From positions 320,001-384,000 of the forward strand of contig JAOPTT010000009.1 of the NCBI GenBank assembly GCA_051531975.1: 64,000 nt of DNA, written 5' to 3'. The position numbers and the translations under genes are program-made. Shown here piece by piece: positions 20,366-34,627 of the stretch. The DNA comes from Spirochaetaceae bacterium. Its GTDB lineage: Bacteria > Spirochaetota > Spirochaetia > DSM-2461. Positions within the stretch are counted from its first letter, which is position 1, and each line of letters begins with the position of its first letter. The notes below the pieces were generated by a model. It was not told where the DNA came from, made no database searches, and saw only the letters and a program-made list of their open reading frames with translations.

Positions 20366-21903
20366 CTGTTCTCCCTCTTATTTTGCATAATGCATCTCAT
20401 AATACTTTCCTGGGATGCATCTTCACGATTTTGTTCTCCAACAATATACCCTTCATTCATTACATAGATCCTGTCACACATTCCTAATATTTCTGAAAGT
20501 TCTGAAGATATCATGATTATCGATTTACCTTGGGCTACTAGTTCATTTATAATTGTATAAATTTCATATTTAGCCCCGACATCAATACCTCTTGTTGGTT
20601 CATCAAGAATAAGTAGATCTGGTTCTGAAAATATCCACTTACTTAATACAACTTTTTGTTGATTACCACCGGATAAATTACCGGTTGTCTGAAGAATACT
20701 AGATGATTTAATATTCATTTTTTTTCGAAAGTCCTCAGCAACAATTACTTCTTGGTTTAAATCAAGAACACCGTTTTTACTGATCTCTTTTAGATTAGCT
20801 AAAGATATATTTCTTTTTATATCGTCAATTAGGATTAATCCGGCACTTTTTCTGTCTTCTGTTACATATGCAATATTGTGTTTAATTGCATCAGGGACAT
20901 CTTTAATATGAATCTCTTTTCCATCTTTAATAACTGAGCCAGTAATTTTACTACCAAAAGTTTTACCAAAGACACTCATTGCAAATTCTGTTCGACCAGC
21001 ACCCATTAAGCCTGCAATACCTACAACTTCTCCACGTTTAACATTTACATTTATATCAGTAAGAACCTTTTTATCTATGTTATCGGTATCATAAACATTC
21101 CAGTCTTTAACTTCAAAAAACGTCTCACCAATATTCTTTTCATTACGTATTGGATATCTATCAGTTAATTCACGACCTACCATGCCCTGAATTATTCTAT
21201 CTTCTGTAATTTCATCAACACCTTTCACAAGTGTTTCTATAGTACTACCATCCCGTATTACTGTAATTTCATCAGCAACTTTCGTAATCTCATTTAATTT
21301 ATGGGAGATAATAATTGATGTTACACCATGATTTTTTAACTCTAACAAAAGGTCTAATAACCTTTCAGAGTCATCATCATTTAGTGCTGCAGTTGGCTCG
21401 TCTAATATTAGAAGTTTAACATCTTTTGCCAATGCTTTTACAATTTCAATTAATTGCTGTTTCCCAACACCTATGCTATTTATATGTGTATTAGGGTTAT
21501 CAGTTAACCCAACCTTTTTTAATAACTCTATGGTTTTCGATAAGGTTTTATCCCAATGAATAATTCCTTTGTTTGCTTGTTCATTACCTAAAAAAATATT
21601 CTCTGCTATTGATAAATAAGGAATAAGGGCTAACTCTTGGTGTATTATTACAATCCCTTGTTTTTCACTATCTGTTATCTCTTTAAACTCACAATTTGTT
21701 CCATTATAGATAATATCTCCGGTATAGTTTCCATGGGAATAAACCCCACTTAAAACATTCATTAACGTTGATTTTCCGGCTCCGTTTTCACCAACTAATG
21801 CATGGATTTGGTGCTCTTTTACTTTTAAGTTTACATTATCTAAAGCTTTAACTCCTGGAAATAACTTTGTTATGTTTCTCATTTCTAAAATAATTTCAGA
21901 CAC
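20362..21903 (-). CDS. mmsA: Multiple-monosaccharide ABC ATPase (MmsA/GguA, tandem NBD)
   Basis: Walker A 'GENGAGKST', 'LSGGNQQK', '[13 protein letters not shown]'. Confidence 0.92.
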   Translation of the reverse strand: MSEIILEMRNITKLFPGVKALDNVNLKVKEHQIHALVGENGAGKSTLMNVLSGVYSHGNYTGDIIYNGTNCEFKEITDSEKQGIVIIHQELALIPYLSIAENIFLGNEQANKGIIHWDKTLSKTIELLKKVGLTDNPNTHINSIGVGKQQLIEIVKALAKDVKLLILDEPTAALNDDDSERLLDLLLELKNHGVTSIIISHKLNEITKVADEITVIRDGSTIETLVKGVDEITEDRIIQGMVGRELTDRYPIRNEKNIGETFFEVKDWNVYDTDNIDKKVLTDINVNVKRGEVVGIAGLMGAGRTEFAMSVFGKTFGSKITGSVIKDGKEIHIKDVPDAIKHNIAYVTEDRKSAGLILIDDIKRNISLANLKEISKNGVLDLNQEVIVAEDFRKKMNIKSSSILQTTGNLSGGNQQKVVLSKWIFSEPDLLILDEPTRGIDVGAKYEIYTIINELVAQGKSIIMISSELSEILGMCDRIYVMNEGYIVGEQNREDASQESIMRCIMQNKRENR

Positions 21904-21927
21904 TTAAACTCCTTATATAAAGATGAT

Positions 21928-21952
21928 TAACCGGCTAATTAATAGCCGGTTA
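21928..21952 (-). promoter_or_regulatory. Intercistronic hairpin after SBP gene
   Basis: TAACCGGCTA-attaa-TAGCCGGTTA. Confidence 0.6.
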
Positions 21953-21964
21953 TTAAAATAAAGT

Positions 21965-23044
21965 TTATTGTAATTGATCCATTGTATAATAAGCAGAATC
22001 ATCGATTAGAACTTTTTTATAGTTTGTAATATCTACAGAAATTGGTTCACATAAATATGAAGGAACAACAATCTTTCCGTTAAAATATGTTGTAGTATCG
22101 TTAATTTCAGGTTCGCTTCCAGTTAATAAAGCCTGTACCATAGTTACTGCAACAGATGCTAAAGTTCTAGTATCTTTAAATACTGTGTGAGTTTGCTCGC
22201 CTGCAATAATTGATTTCATTGAAGCAACTTCTGCATCCTGACCAGTAATTATTGGTAAAGGAAGGTCATCGCTACCATAACCAATGTTTTTAACTGAAGA
22301 TAAAACACCAATTGAGATACCATCATAAGGTGATAAAATTGCATCTACTGTTTGTCCGTCTGCATAAAAAGCTGTTAAGATATTATCCATTCTTGTCTGA
22401 GCAGTTGCACCGTCCCATCTAAGAGTAGCACATTTATCCATTCCTTCTTGTTTAGACTGAATTACTAAGTTTCCTTCTAATATGTACTCTTCTAATACAC
22501 TTAAAGCACCATCGTAGAAAAAGTATGCATTGTTATCATCTGGAGAACCACCAAATAACTCAATATTAAATGGACCTTTCTCTCCTTTATCAAGACCTAA
22601 TGTTTCAACAATAAATGAACCTTGCTGAACACCAACTTTAAAGTTATCAAATGTTGCATAATATGATACATAATCTGAGTTTTTGATTAGTCTGTCATAA
22701 GCTATAACAGGAATTTCTTGCTCAGCAGCTTTCTCTAAAACACTAGTTAAAGCTTCACCGTCGATAGATGCAATAACAAGAGCATCAACACCCTTAGTTA
22801 TCATGTTCTCAATTTGAGATACCTGGTTTTCAACAACATCTTCAGCATATTGTAAGTCTACTTTATACCCTAAAGATTCAAGTTGTGACTTCATGTTATT
22901 ACCATCATCTACCCATCTTTCTGATGATTGAGTTGGCATTGCTACACCAATGTATTTAGCTCCATCATCTTCTTTGTTTCCAGTAGCAAATACTACACCA
23001 CATGTAACCAACAACATTAAAATAATGTTTAAACCTTTCTTCAT
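21965..23044 (-). CDS. chvE: Sugar-binding protein ChvE-type
   Basis: '[14 protein letters not shown]', '[11 protein letters not shown]', '[12 protein letters not shown]', 'TGQDAE', 'VFKDTR'. Confidence 0.92.
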   Translation of the reverse strand: MKKGLNIILMLLVTCGVVFATGNKEDDGAKYIGVAMPTQSSERWVDDGNNMKSQLESLGYKVDLQYAEDVVENQVSQIENMITKGVDALVIASIDGEALTSVLEKAAEQEIPVIAYDRLIKNSDYVSYYATFDNFKVGVQQGSFIVETLGLDKGEKGPFNIELFGGSPDDNNAYFFYDGALSVLEEYILEGNLVIQSKQEGMDKCATLRWDGATAQTRMDNILTAFYADGQTVDAILSPYDGISIGVLSSVKNIGYGSDDLPLPIITGQDAEVASMKSIIAGEQTHTVFKDTRTLASVAVTMVQALLTGSEPEINDTTTYFNGKIVVPSYLCEPISVDITNYKKVLIDDSAYYTMDQLQ

Positions 23045-23062
23045 TTATGACTCCTATAGTTT

Positions 23063-23117
23063 TGCGTTGTCGTTAACGCATCTAACTCATACTAGAGTCA
23101 TTTGCTTAGCTTGTCAA
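23063..23117 (-). promoter_or_regulatory. sigma70 promoter of chvE-mmsAB plus operator
   Basis: On the minus strand TTGACA-17-TAGTAT, followed by the 19-bp box ATGCGTTAACGACAACGCA (23063-23081). Confidence 0.75.
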
Positions 23118-23170
23118 ATTAATTATTGAAATATTTTAACAATTAATTATCTTTTATTTGAAATCTTTAT

Positions 23171-23216
23171 TTGACATACTGAATCTTAGAGTGTAATATG
23201 CGTTAACGAGCACGCA
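23171..23216 (+). promoter_or_regulatory. sigma70 promoter of araBDA-tkt plus operator
   Basis: TTGACA-17-TAATAT overlapping ATGCGTTAACGAGCACGCA (23198-23216), 17/19 identical to the chvE box. Confidence 0.75.
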
Positions 23217-23244
23217 CTAGCGATATTAAAATTAAGGAGACATA

Positions 23245-24927
23245 ATGAGTGAAAACTATGTTATTGGGTTGGACTATGGAAGTGACTCAGTTAGAGCTAT
23301 AATTGTTAATACAACAGATGGGAAACAGTTAAGTGAATCTGTTTTTAATTACCCTAGGTGGGGGAAAGGGCTTTATTCAATACCTGAACAAAATCAGTTC
23401 AGACAACACCCTTTAGATTACCTAGAAGGACTTGAACATACAATTAAAGAATCTATTCTAAAAGCCGGAGCGGATGTAGCAAAAAATATAAAAGCAATAG
23501 CTTTAGATACTACAGGTTCTACACCTTGTGCAGTAAATAAAGAAGGTATACCACTTTCTTTATTACCAGAATATAAAGAAAACCCAAATGCTATGTTTAT
23601 TTTATGGAAAGACCATACTGCAATCAAAGAAGCAGCTGAGATAAATGACTTTGCACATAATAGTTCAGATATAGATTATACAAAATATGTTGGTGGAATA
23701 TACTCTTCGGAATGGTTATGGGCTAAGATTCTTCATACTATAAGAGTAGATGAAGATGTAAGACGAGATGCATTCTCATGGGTAGAACATACAGATTGGA
23801 TTCCAGCTGTTTTAACAGGAAATACTAACCCGTTAACTATGGATCGGTTTCGATGTGCAGCTGGACATAAAGGTATGTGGAATGAAGAGTTTGGTGGGCT
23901 ACCTTCAAATAAATTTCTAAGCAGTATAGACCCTCTATTATATGGTTTAAGAGATAGAATGGGATCTAATACTGTTACTGCAGAGAAATCAAGTGGAACA
24001 CTTTGTAAAGAGTGGGCAGAAAAACTTGGGCTTTCTACTGACGTTGTAATTGGTGGGGCAGCATTTGATTGTCATTTTGGTGCAGTAGGTGGCGGAATCG
24101 AAGCCTACGACATGGTTAAAGTTATTGGAACTAGCACCTGCGATATAGTTGTAGCTCCAAAAGATGATTTTGGGGATAAACTAATTAGTGGAATATGTGG
24201 TCAGGTTGATGGATCTGTTATTCCTAACATGATTGGCTTAGAAGCGGGGCAGTCCGCATTTGGTGATGCATATGCATGGTTTAAAAATGTAATTTTAGAT
24301 CCTTCTATTAAAATCATTACAGAGAGTCCTACATTCACTGACGAAACAAAACAAATACTGCTTAAAGAGTTATCAGAATCTCTGATTCCAACTCTTAGCA
24401 GAGAAGCTGGGAAGTTACCAATAAAAAGTAGTGTCGTAGCTCTAGACTGGATAAATGGTCGTAGAACTCCAGATGCAAACCAAGAATTAAAAGCTGGCTT
24501 TATTGGACTAAATATTGGAACAACTGTATATCAGATGTTTAAAGCCGTAGTTGATGCAACTGCTTTTGGTGCCCGAAGTATACAGGATCGGTTCACTGAA
24601 CAGGGGGTAGAGATTAGGCGTGTTATTGCAATTGGTGGAATCTCTAGGAAGTCACCTCTTGTTATGCAAACATTAGCAGATGTTCTAAACAGAGAAATTA
24701 TTGTTAGTACTTCTGATCAGGCTTGTGCCTTAGGTGCATGTATGTTTGCAGCTGTTGCCGGTGGGGTATATAAGACCATTGAAGAAGCTCAAAAACATAT
24801 GAACAGTGGGTATGATTTAACATATACACCAATCCCAGAAAATGTAGTTGAATACGATAAACTATATGAAAAATATAGAACATTTGGATCTTTTGTTGAG
24901 TCAATTACAGGAGATAATAATGAATAA
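23245..24927 (+). CDS. araB: Ribulokinase
   Basis: 'GLDYGSDSVR', 'RQHPLDY', 'LWKDHTA', 'YSSEW', 'GLEAGQSAFGD', 'DWINGRRTP'. Confidence 0.95.
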   Translation: MSENYVIGLDYGSDSVRAIIVNTTDGKQLSESVFNYPRWGKGLYSIPEQNQFRQHPLDYLEGLEHTIKESILKAGADVAKNIKAIALDTTGSTPCAVNKEGIPLSLLPEYKENPNAMFILWKDHTAIKEAAEINDFAHNSSDIDYTKYVGGIYSSEWLWAKILHTIRVDEDVRRDAFSWVEHTDWIPAVLTGNTNPLTMDRFRCAAGHKGMWNEEFGGLPSNKFLSSIDPLLYGLRDRMGSNTVTAEKSSGTLCKEWAEKLGLSTDVVIGGAAFDCHFGAVGGGIEAYDMVKVIGTSTCDIVVAPKDDFGDKLISGICGQVDGSVIPNMIGLEAGQSAFGDAYAWFKNVILDPSIKIITESPTFTDETKQILLKELSESLIPTLSREAGKLPIKSSVVALDWINGRRTPDANQELKAGFIGLNIGTTVYQMFKAVVDATAFGARSIQDRFTEQGVEIRRVIAIGGISRKSPLVMQTLADVLNREIIVSTSDQACALGACMFAAVAGGVYKTIEEAQKHMNSGYDLTYTPIPENVVEYDKLYEKYRTFGSFVESITGDNNE

Positions 24928-25624
24928 TTATAAAGAACTTAAAGATATATGTTATGAAGCCAATATGGAAATTCCTAAAAGAAAATTAGCTATCTATACT
25001 TTTGGTAATGTAAGTGCATTTGATAAAAGTTCAGGTGTTTTTGCTATAAAGCCAAGCGGTGTTCCATACAGTAATTTAAAACCAGAGGATATGGTTTTGG
25101 TTGATTTAGAGGGTAAAATAGTTGAAGGGAAAATGAATCCATCCTCGGATACCAAAACCCATGTTGTTTTATATAAAACATTTCCAGAGTTAGGTGGAAT
25201 TGTTCATACTCACTCAACGTATTCTGTTGCATGGTCCCAGGCTTGTAGGGCGGTTCCTATCTATGGGACAACTCATGCAGATCATGTTGCAGGTAATATA
25301 CCAATAACAGAAATAATGTCAGATGAAATGATTAAAGGAAATTATGAGGAGCAAACAGGATACCAAATTCTGAATGTCTTAAAAAATAATGATCTGAGTC
25401 CAGCTGAAGTCCAGATGGTTTTAGTTGCATGTCATGGTCCTTTTACCTGGGGGGCAACTCCTGAAAAAGCTGTATATAACGCAGCCGTTTTAGAAGAGCT
25501 TTGTAAAATGGCATACCTAACAGAGGGAATCAATGCAAAAATAAATCCAATGAAAGATAGTTTAGTAAATAAACATTATCAGAGAAAACATGGTAAAGAT
25601 GCCTATTATGGTCAAAAGCGTTAA
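24920..25624 (+). CDS. araD: L-ribulose-5-phosphate 4-epimerase
   Basis: 'TFGNVS', 'IKPSGV', 'PSSDT.TH', 'HTHS', 'GTTHADH', 'HGPFTWG'; start ATG 24920 after AGGAG. Confidence 0.95.
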   Translation: MNNYKELKDICYEANMEIPKRKLAIYTFGNVSAFDKSSGVFAIKPSGVPYSNLKPEDMVLVDLEGKIVEGKMNPSSDTKTHVVLYKTFPELGGIVHTHSTYSVAWSQACRAVPIYGTTHADHVAGNIPITEIMSDEMIKGNYEEQTGYQILNVLKNNDLSPAEVQMVLVACHGPFTWGATPEKAVYNAAVLEELCKMAYLTEGINAKINPMKDSLVNKHYQRKHGKDAYYGQKR

Positions 25625-25649
25625 CAAGGACGCAAGAGGAGAAGATAAA

Positions 25650-27170
25650 ATGAAAGTTTATAATAAAATGAAAATATGGATGGTCTCAGGTAGTCAACAT
25701 CTATATGGAGAAGAGACTCTAAAACAGGTTAAATCTAATACAAAAGAAATATCAGACTATCTTGATACCCAAGACAATGTTTCTGCAAATGTTGAGTATA
25801 AAGGTATTTTAACAACTCAGGATGAAATTACAGATTTTTGCATAAAAGCAAGTGCTGATAAAAATTGTGGTGGTGTCATATTATGGATGCATACATTCTC
25901 TCCATCAAAAATGTGGATTAATGGACTTAAGTCTATGACAAAACCAATGTTACATCTACACACTCAGTTTGGAAAAAATATACCCTGGGATTCTATCGAT
26001 ATGGATTTTATGAATCTTAATCAGTCTGCTCACGGTGGTAGAGAGCATGGTTTTATTAATACCCGAATGAAAATAGATAGAAAAGTTGTTGTTGGATACT
26101 GGAAAGAGTCTGATGTTATTAAACAAGTAGACTCATGGATTAGAGCAGCAGCAGCTCATTTTGATATGAAAACAGGTAAAATTTGTCGTTTTGGTGACAA
26201 TATGAGAAATGTTGCAGTAACTGAAGGGGACAAAGTCGCAGCCCACATTAACTTCGGTTATAACGTTTTAGGTTATGGTGTTAGCGATCTTGCAAAAGTT
26301 ATTGAAACAATTAGTGAATCTCAGATAGACAGTTTAATTAGTGAATATCTATTAAACTACAAAGTTAGCCCTGAATTACAAGAAGATGGTTCAAGACATT
26401 CGTCTCTAAGAGATGCAGCTAGACTTGAATTAGGAATGGAAAGATTTCTTACAGATGGAGATTTTTGTGCATTTACAACAACATTTGAAGATCTTACAGG
26501 ATTGTGTCAACTACCAGGATTAGCCTGTCAGAGACTAATGGAAAAAGGTTATGGTTTTGCTGGGGAAGGAGACTGGAAAACTGCGGCATTAGTTAGAGCC
26601 ATGAAGGTCATGGGGAAAGGCAAACTTGGTGGGACTTCATTTATGGAAGACTATACATATCATATGGATTCAGATAATCCTATGGTTTTAGGTTCCCATA
26701 TGTTAGAAGTTTGCCCTACAATTTCAGGTGATAATCCTGTAAAACTAGAAGTTCATAAACTTGGTATTGGTGGAAAAGAAGATCCTGTTAGAATGGTTTT
26801 TAATGCTTCTGGTGGTGCATCTCTAAATGCATCGTTAATGGATATGGGAAACAGATTTAGACTTTTAATTAACGAAGTAGATACTTTAGATGCTATAGAG
26901 GATCTACCTAAACTACCTGTTGCAAGAGCTGTTTGGAAGCCACAGCCAGACTTTAAAACAGCAGCAGTAAGTTGGATATTGTCCGGGGGTGCACACCATA
27001 CAAGTTATAGTAAAGATGTTACATCAGAAATGTTAATAGATTATGCTGAAATATGTGGAATAGAGACAATCATAATAGATAAAGATACAACAATCCCAAA
27101 TCTTAAAAATGAATTAAAGTGGAATGACTTATATTATACAATGAAAGGTTTTGCTGGTGGGATCTCGTGA
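25650..27170 (+). CDS. araA: L-arabinose isomerase
   Basis: 'GSQHLYG', 'WMHTFSP', 'MNLNQSAHG', 'EGDWKT', 'SFMEDYTY', 'HMLEVCP', 'GGAHH'; start ATG 25650. Confidence 0.96.
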   Translation: MKVYNKMKIWMVSGSQHLYGEETLKQVKSNTKEISDYLDTQDNVSANVEYKGILTTQDEITDFCIKASADKNCGGVILWMHTFSPSKMWINGLKSMTKPMLHLHTQFGKNIPWDSIDMDFMNLNQSAHGGREHGFINTRMKIDRKVVVGYWKESDVIKQVDSWIRAAAAHFDMKTGKICRFGDNMRNVAVTEGDKVAAHINFGYNVLGYGVSDLAKVIETISESQIDSLISEYLLNYKVSPELQEDGSRHSSLRDAARLELGMERFLTDGDFCAFTTTFEDLTGLCQLPGLACQRLMEKGYGFAGEGDWKTAALVRAMKVMGKGKLGGTSFMEDYTYHMDSDNPMVLGSHMLEVCPTISGDNPVKLEVHKLGIGGKEDPVRMVFNASGGASLNASLMDMGNRFRLLINEVDTLDAIEDLPKLPVARAVWKPQPDFKTAAVSWILSGGAHHTSYSKDVTSEMLIDYAEICGIETIIIDKDTTIPNLKNELKWNDLYYTMKGFAGGIS

Positions 27171-29230
27171 ATTTAAATCCAGAAAACATAAAAAAATTAG
27201 GAGATTATCTACGATATCTTTCTACAATGGGTATCCAAAGAGCAAACTCTGGTCACCCAGGTCTACCCCTAGGATGTGCTGATATTGCTATCTCTTTATA
27301 TGGGAATATAATGAAGGGTACATCATCAAATCCAGAATGGATGAATAGGGATAGGTTTATTTTATCTGCAGGCCACGGTTCTATGTTAGTTTATGCGTTA
27401 AATTATATATTTGGTTATGATTTTTCTATTGGAGATTTAGCTAACTTTAGACAACTTAACTCTAAAACTGCAGGTCATCCAGAATATGAACATGAATTAG
27501 GAATAGAGACAACTACAGGTCCTTTAGGACAAGGGTTTGCAAATGCTGTTGGAGTTGCTATTGAAGCAAAAATGATGGCAGCTAGATTTAATACAATGGA
27601 CTTTACTCTGTTTAACTATAAAACTTATGTATTAATGGGTGATGGTTGTACTATGGAAGGTATGACTAACGAAGCAGCATCCATAGCAGGTTCTCTTGGC
27701 TTAGACAATTTAATAGCAATTTATGATGATAACAGTGTGACAATTGATGAATCTTCTATGGACCTTTTTAGAGAGGATGTTAAAGCAAGATATGAGGCTT
27801 TAGGCTGGGAAGTTTTAGAATCCCCAATAGGTACAGATCTAAAAGATTTAAATGATAAATTAGATACATTAAGAGACTCAAATTCTGGGAAACCAAAGCT
27901 ATTAATTGTTAAAACTAAAATAGGAGAAGGTCTAGATACTTTAAAGGGCCGACATAAAGCTCATGGTGCCCCTGTTGGAGTTAAAGAGATAGCTTATTTA
28001 GTTGAAAACTCTGACCTTAAAAATATTGCTAGAACCAATAACCAAGTAGAAGCACAGGAATTACTTGAAAAGCAGCTATTAACTGGTGACTTTTTCAATA
28101 TGTCAAACTTCAAAGATATTATAGCTGATGTTTTAGAAACAAGAGAGAGCTATAATGATGAGTGGGAAGCTCTACTTATCGGATATAAAATTAAACATCC
28201 AGATAAATATGCTAATTTATTAAAGCATAAAACAAATGGAATTACTAAAGAACTTAGAGATGAGTTATTAAATTATGTCGGAGAAGCTGATGCAACAAGA
28301 AATACTTCTGCAGATGTACTACAGATTGTTGCTAAGTTTACAGATAAAATAATTGGTGGTTGTGCAGACCTAGTAGCATCCACTAAAGCAACTATTAAAG
28401 GTGCAGATTATATTACTAGGTCAGACTTCTCTGGTAGAAATATAGCATTTGGAGTTAGGGAAGCTGCAATGGGTGGAATAGGAAATGGACTTGCTTTAAG
28501 TCGTGACTTTATCCCTTTTACATCAACATTTTTTACTTTTATAGACTATATGAAGCCAGCAGTTAGACTTGCATCTTTAATGAAAATAAATCATCTTTTT
28601 ATTTTTACCCATGACTCGATATATGTAGGGGAAGATGGGCCCACACATGAGCCTATTGAACATTTAGGAGCCACAAGACTTATCCCAGGACTTTATACTT
28701 ACAGACCTGCAAATGATATGGAGATGGGTTTTGCATATCTTGAGTTTATGGAAACAGAAGGGCCAGCTGTTATTTTAGGAACAAGACAGGTTTTAAACGA
28801 GAAGCTTTTTGGTTTAATAGCGGATAGAGAGAAGGCTTATGAGAGTTTTAAAAAAGGTGCATATGTTTTATTTGATACCAATGGTAAGGCCGATGTTACA
28901 TTAGCTGGCTCAGGTTCAGAAGTTAGTACTTTATTAGAAGCTAAAGATATTTTAGAGGCTAAGGGTAAAAAAGTTCGTTTAGTATCAATTCCATGTTTAG
29001 AGAAGTTTGAAGAACAGGGTAGGGGTTATGCTTTAGAGATATTAGGTGATGCACCAATCTATTTTATGGAGACTGCATCCCATAGAGGTAATAAAGTATT
29101 TTACAATGATAATATTTTGGTTCGAGATATTACAACTTTTGGTTGCTCAGGAAATTATAAAGATGTTGCTAAACATTTTGGTTTTGTAGGTGACGCTGCA
29201 GCTAAAGAAATATTAGACTTTATTCTATAA
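27167..29230 (+). CDS. tkt: Transketolase
   Basis: 'SGHPG', 'RDRFILSAGH', 'TTGPLGQG', ThDP motif 'GDG…DDN', 'THDSIYVGEDGPTH'. Confidence 0.93.
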   Translation: MNLNPENIKKLGDYLRYLSTMGIQRANSGHPGLPLGCADIAISLYGNIMKGTSSNPEWMNRDRFILSAGHGSMLVYALNYIFGYDFSIGDLANFRQLNSKTAGHPEYEHELGIETTTGPLGQGFANAVGVAIEAKMMAARFNTMDFTLFNYKTYVLMGDGCTMEGMTNEAASIAGSLGLDNLIAIYDDNSVTIDESSMDLFREDVKARYEALGWEVLESPIGTDLKDLNDKLDTLRDSNSGKPKLLIVKTKIGEGLDTLKGRHKAHGAPVGVKEIAYLVENSDLKNIARTNNQVEAQELLEKQLLTGDFFNMSNFKDIIADVLETRESYNDEWEALLIGYKIKHPDKYANLLKHKTNGITKELRDELLNYVGEADATRNTSADVLQIVAKFTDKIIGGCADLVASTKATIKGADYITRSDFSGRNIAFGVREAAMGGIGNGLALSRDFIPFTSTFFTFIDYMKPAVRLASLMKINHLFIFTHDSIYVGEDGPTHEPIEHLGATRLIPGLYTYRPANDMEMGFAYLEFMETEGPAVILGTRQVLNEKLFGLIADREKAYESFKKGAYVLFDTNGKADVTLAGSGSEVSTLLEAKDILEAKGKKVRLVSIPCLEKFEEQGRGYALEILGDAPIYFMETASHRGNKVFYNDNILVRDITTFGCSGNYKDVAKHFGFVGDAAAKEILDFIL

Positions 29231-29237
29231 GTTAATG

Positions 29238-29273
29238 TAAAAACCAGATTGTATAATATCAATCTGGTTTTTT
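29238..29273. terminator. Bidirectional terminator between tkt and GH43
   Basis: AAAAACCAGATTG…CAATCTGGTTTTTT. Confidence 0.8.
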
Positions 29274-29287
29274 ATTATGTTATGAAA

Positions 29288-30205
29288 TTAATAATCCATA
29301 TTAAATTTTACAACTTTGGTATGGCGATTTATATCATGAAGAGGATCACCTATAATCTCTTCATAATCTCTAGCATGGTATACCATTATTGGTGTTTTAT
29401 TGTCTTCTGCATAGGTGAAACAATTATGTCCTGGTCCAAACTCACTTATCTCACTATCAGACTTTCTTATTGGATTATTGTGTTTAATCCAGGACTCCTT
29501 GAGCATTAGATCATCATCTTCATTTGCAATAAGAACTCCCATTGCATAGTTAGCATCTGTTGCACTTCCAGAATAGGATAAAATAATACTACTATTTTGT
29601 TTTAAAATATAAGGTCCTTCATTTACTTTGTATCCAATTGTTTCCCATGGTAATTCTGGTTTTGTCAACATTACCTGCTTGCCCTCAATCTCAGAAGGGG
29701 ACTTCATTTTAGCAATGTAGATATTTGAGTTCCCATCTATCTGTGAATCCTTCTGAGCCCATAATAAGTATCTCTGACCATTGTTTTCAAATGTTGTAGC
29801 ATCTAAAGAGAATGATTCCCAGTTAGTTTTAACCTGACCAAGTTCCTTCCAGTTATTAGTTAATGGGTTAGTGTCCGTGCATTCAATTACATAGATCTTG
29901 TGGGCATTACCATCAAAATGATTTAAGGATACAGTATCTCTTGCAGCAAAATATATATACCATGCATCATCAATAAAGTGAATTTCTGGTGCCCATATAT
30001 AACTACTCATTTCACCTTTGTCATGTTTAAGCCAAATATCTACTTCTTTTGCTTTAGATAATCCTGAAATAGTTTTTGATCTTCTTAATATTATTTTATC
30101 ATATTCAGGAACTGTGGCTGTGAAATAATAAAATCCGTCCCCATGTTTATATATATGGGGATCTGCTCTATGCTCTATAATTACTGATGCTTCATCATAA
30201 TTCAT
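29288..30205 (-). CDS. GH43 alpha-L-arabinofuranosidase (GH43_26-like, cytoplasmic)
   Basis: 'RADP', 'WAPE', 'LDAT', 'VNEGP', 'GPGHN'. Confidence 0.9.
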   Translation of the reverse strand: MNYDEASVIIEHRADPHIYKHGDGFYYFTATVPEYDKIILRRSKTISGLSKAKEVDIWLKHDKGEMSSYIWAPEIHFIDDAWYIYFAARDTVSLNHFDGNAHKIYVIECTDTNPLTNNWKELGQVKTNWESFSLDATTFENNGQRYLLWAQKDSQIDGNSNIYIAKMKSPSEIEGKQVMLTKPELPWETIGYKVNEGPYILKQNSSIILSYSGSATDANYAMGVLIANEDDDLMLKESWIKHNNPIRKSDSEISEFGPGHNCFTYAEDNKTPIMVYHARDYEEIIGDPLHDINRHTKVVKFNMDY

Positions 30206-30289
30206 TTTATCTCCTCCTTTAACATTATTTGGGCGTAGCTCACCCGTAAAAAGTTTTAATTTTAATTTTTATATATTATTTATTTGATT

Positions 30290-33675
<3,386 letters not shown>

Positions 33676-33679
<4 letters not shown>

Positions 33680-34569
33680 GACTTCTCCTTTTTAAAAAAT
33701 CCCCAGAAAACAAGCTGAACTATGCTAATTATTAATATTATTAATAATAAAACAATACCAACTGCAGACCCCATTCCTAAATCACCAGATTGAAACCCTT
33801 TTCTATATACATAACCAACCATTGTTAAACCAATATTATTAGGAGAATTTCCTCCCCACAAGATGTAACTCTCTTCAAACATAGAAAATCCACCTAATAT
33901 ACTTATAGTAGTCACAAAAATAATAATTGGTTTTAATAGAGGGAGTGTTATTATACGAAATTTTTGAAAAATATTCGCTCCATCGATATCAGCGGCTTCA
34001 TATAACTCATGGGGTATTGCTTGTAGCCCTGACATAAAATAAACTATATTAATTCCTGTCCAACGCCATAAAGCTGTGATTACAAGTAAAAACATGGCAT
34101 GGTACCTACCAGCCATCAACCAAGACTGAGGTTCCAAATTAAACTTTAACAGTATAGAGTTTATAAATGCACTATCCGATGAGGCAAAAAGTAATCTAAT
34201 GACTGTTCCGGCAACAACAACTGATATTAATGAAGGGATAAAAAATATTGATCTAAATATCTTGCTACCTGCAAAATTATTACTATTTAATATAGTTGCA
34301 AATATGATTGGTATCGGGATTAAAACTGCAATTGTTAATACTGTGTATATAAATGAATTTTTTATAGCAATAAAAAAATGTTCATCATTTAATTGACTAT
34401 AATTTTCTAAACCTATAAACGTTACTTCTCCTGGTACTATATTTTGAAAGCTCATAATAATAGTAGAAAGTAATGGATATAGATAAAAAATAAAAAATGA
34501 AAAAATAAATGGTGCGACAAAAACATAGGGAACTATATCACGCTGCAATTTATTTGATCTTTTTATCAT
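33676..34569 (-). CDS. araP: Arabino-oligosaccharide ABC permease
   Basis: 'PYVFVAPF', 'WRWTG.N', EAA 'ELYEAADIDGA'. Confidence 0.85.
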
Positions 34570-34627
34570 TGTTACCACCTCAAATTAGAAAAGTACCCCT
34601 TTTAATAAGGGATACCTTATATATATT

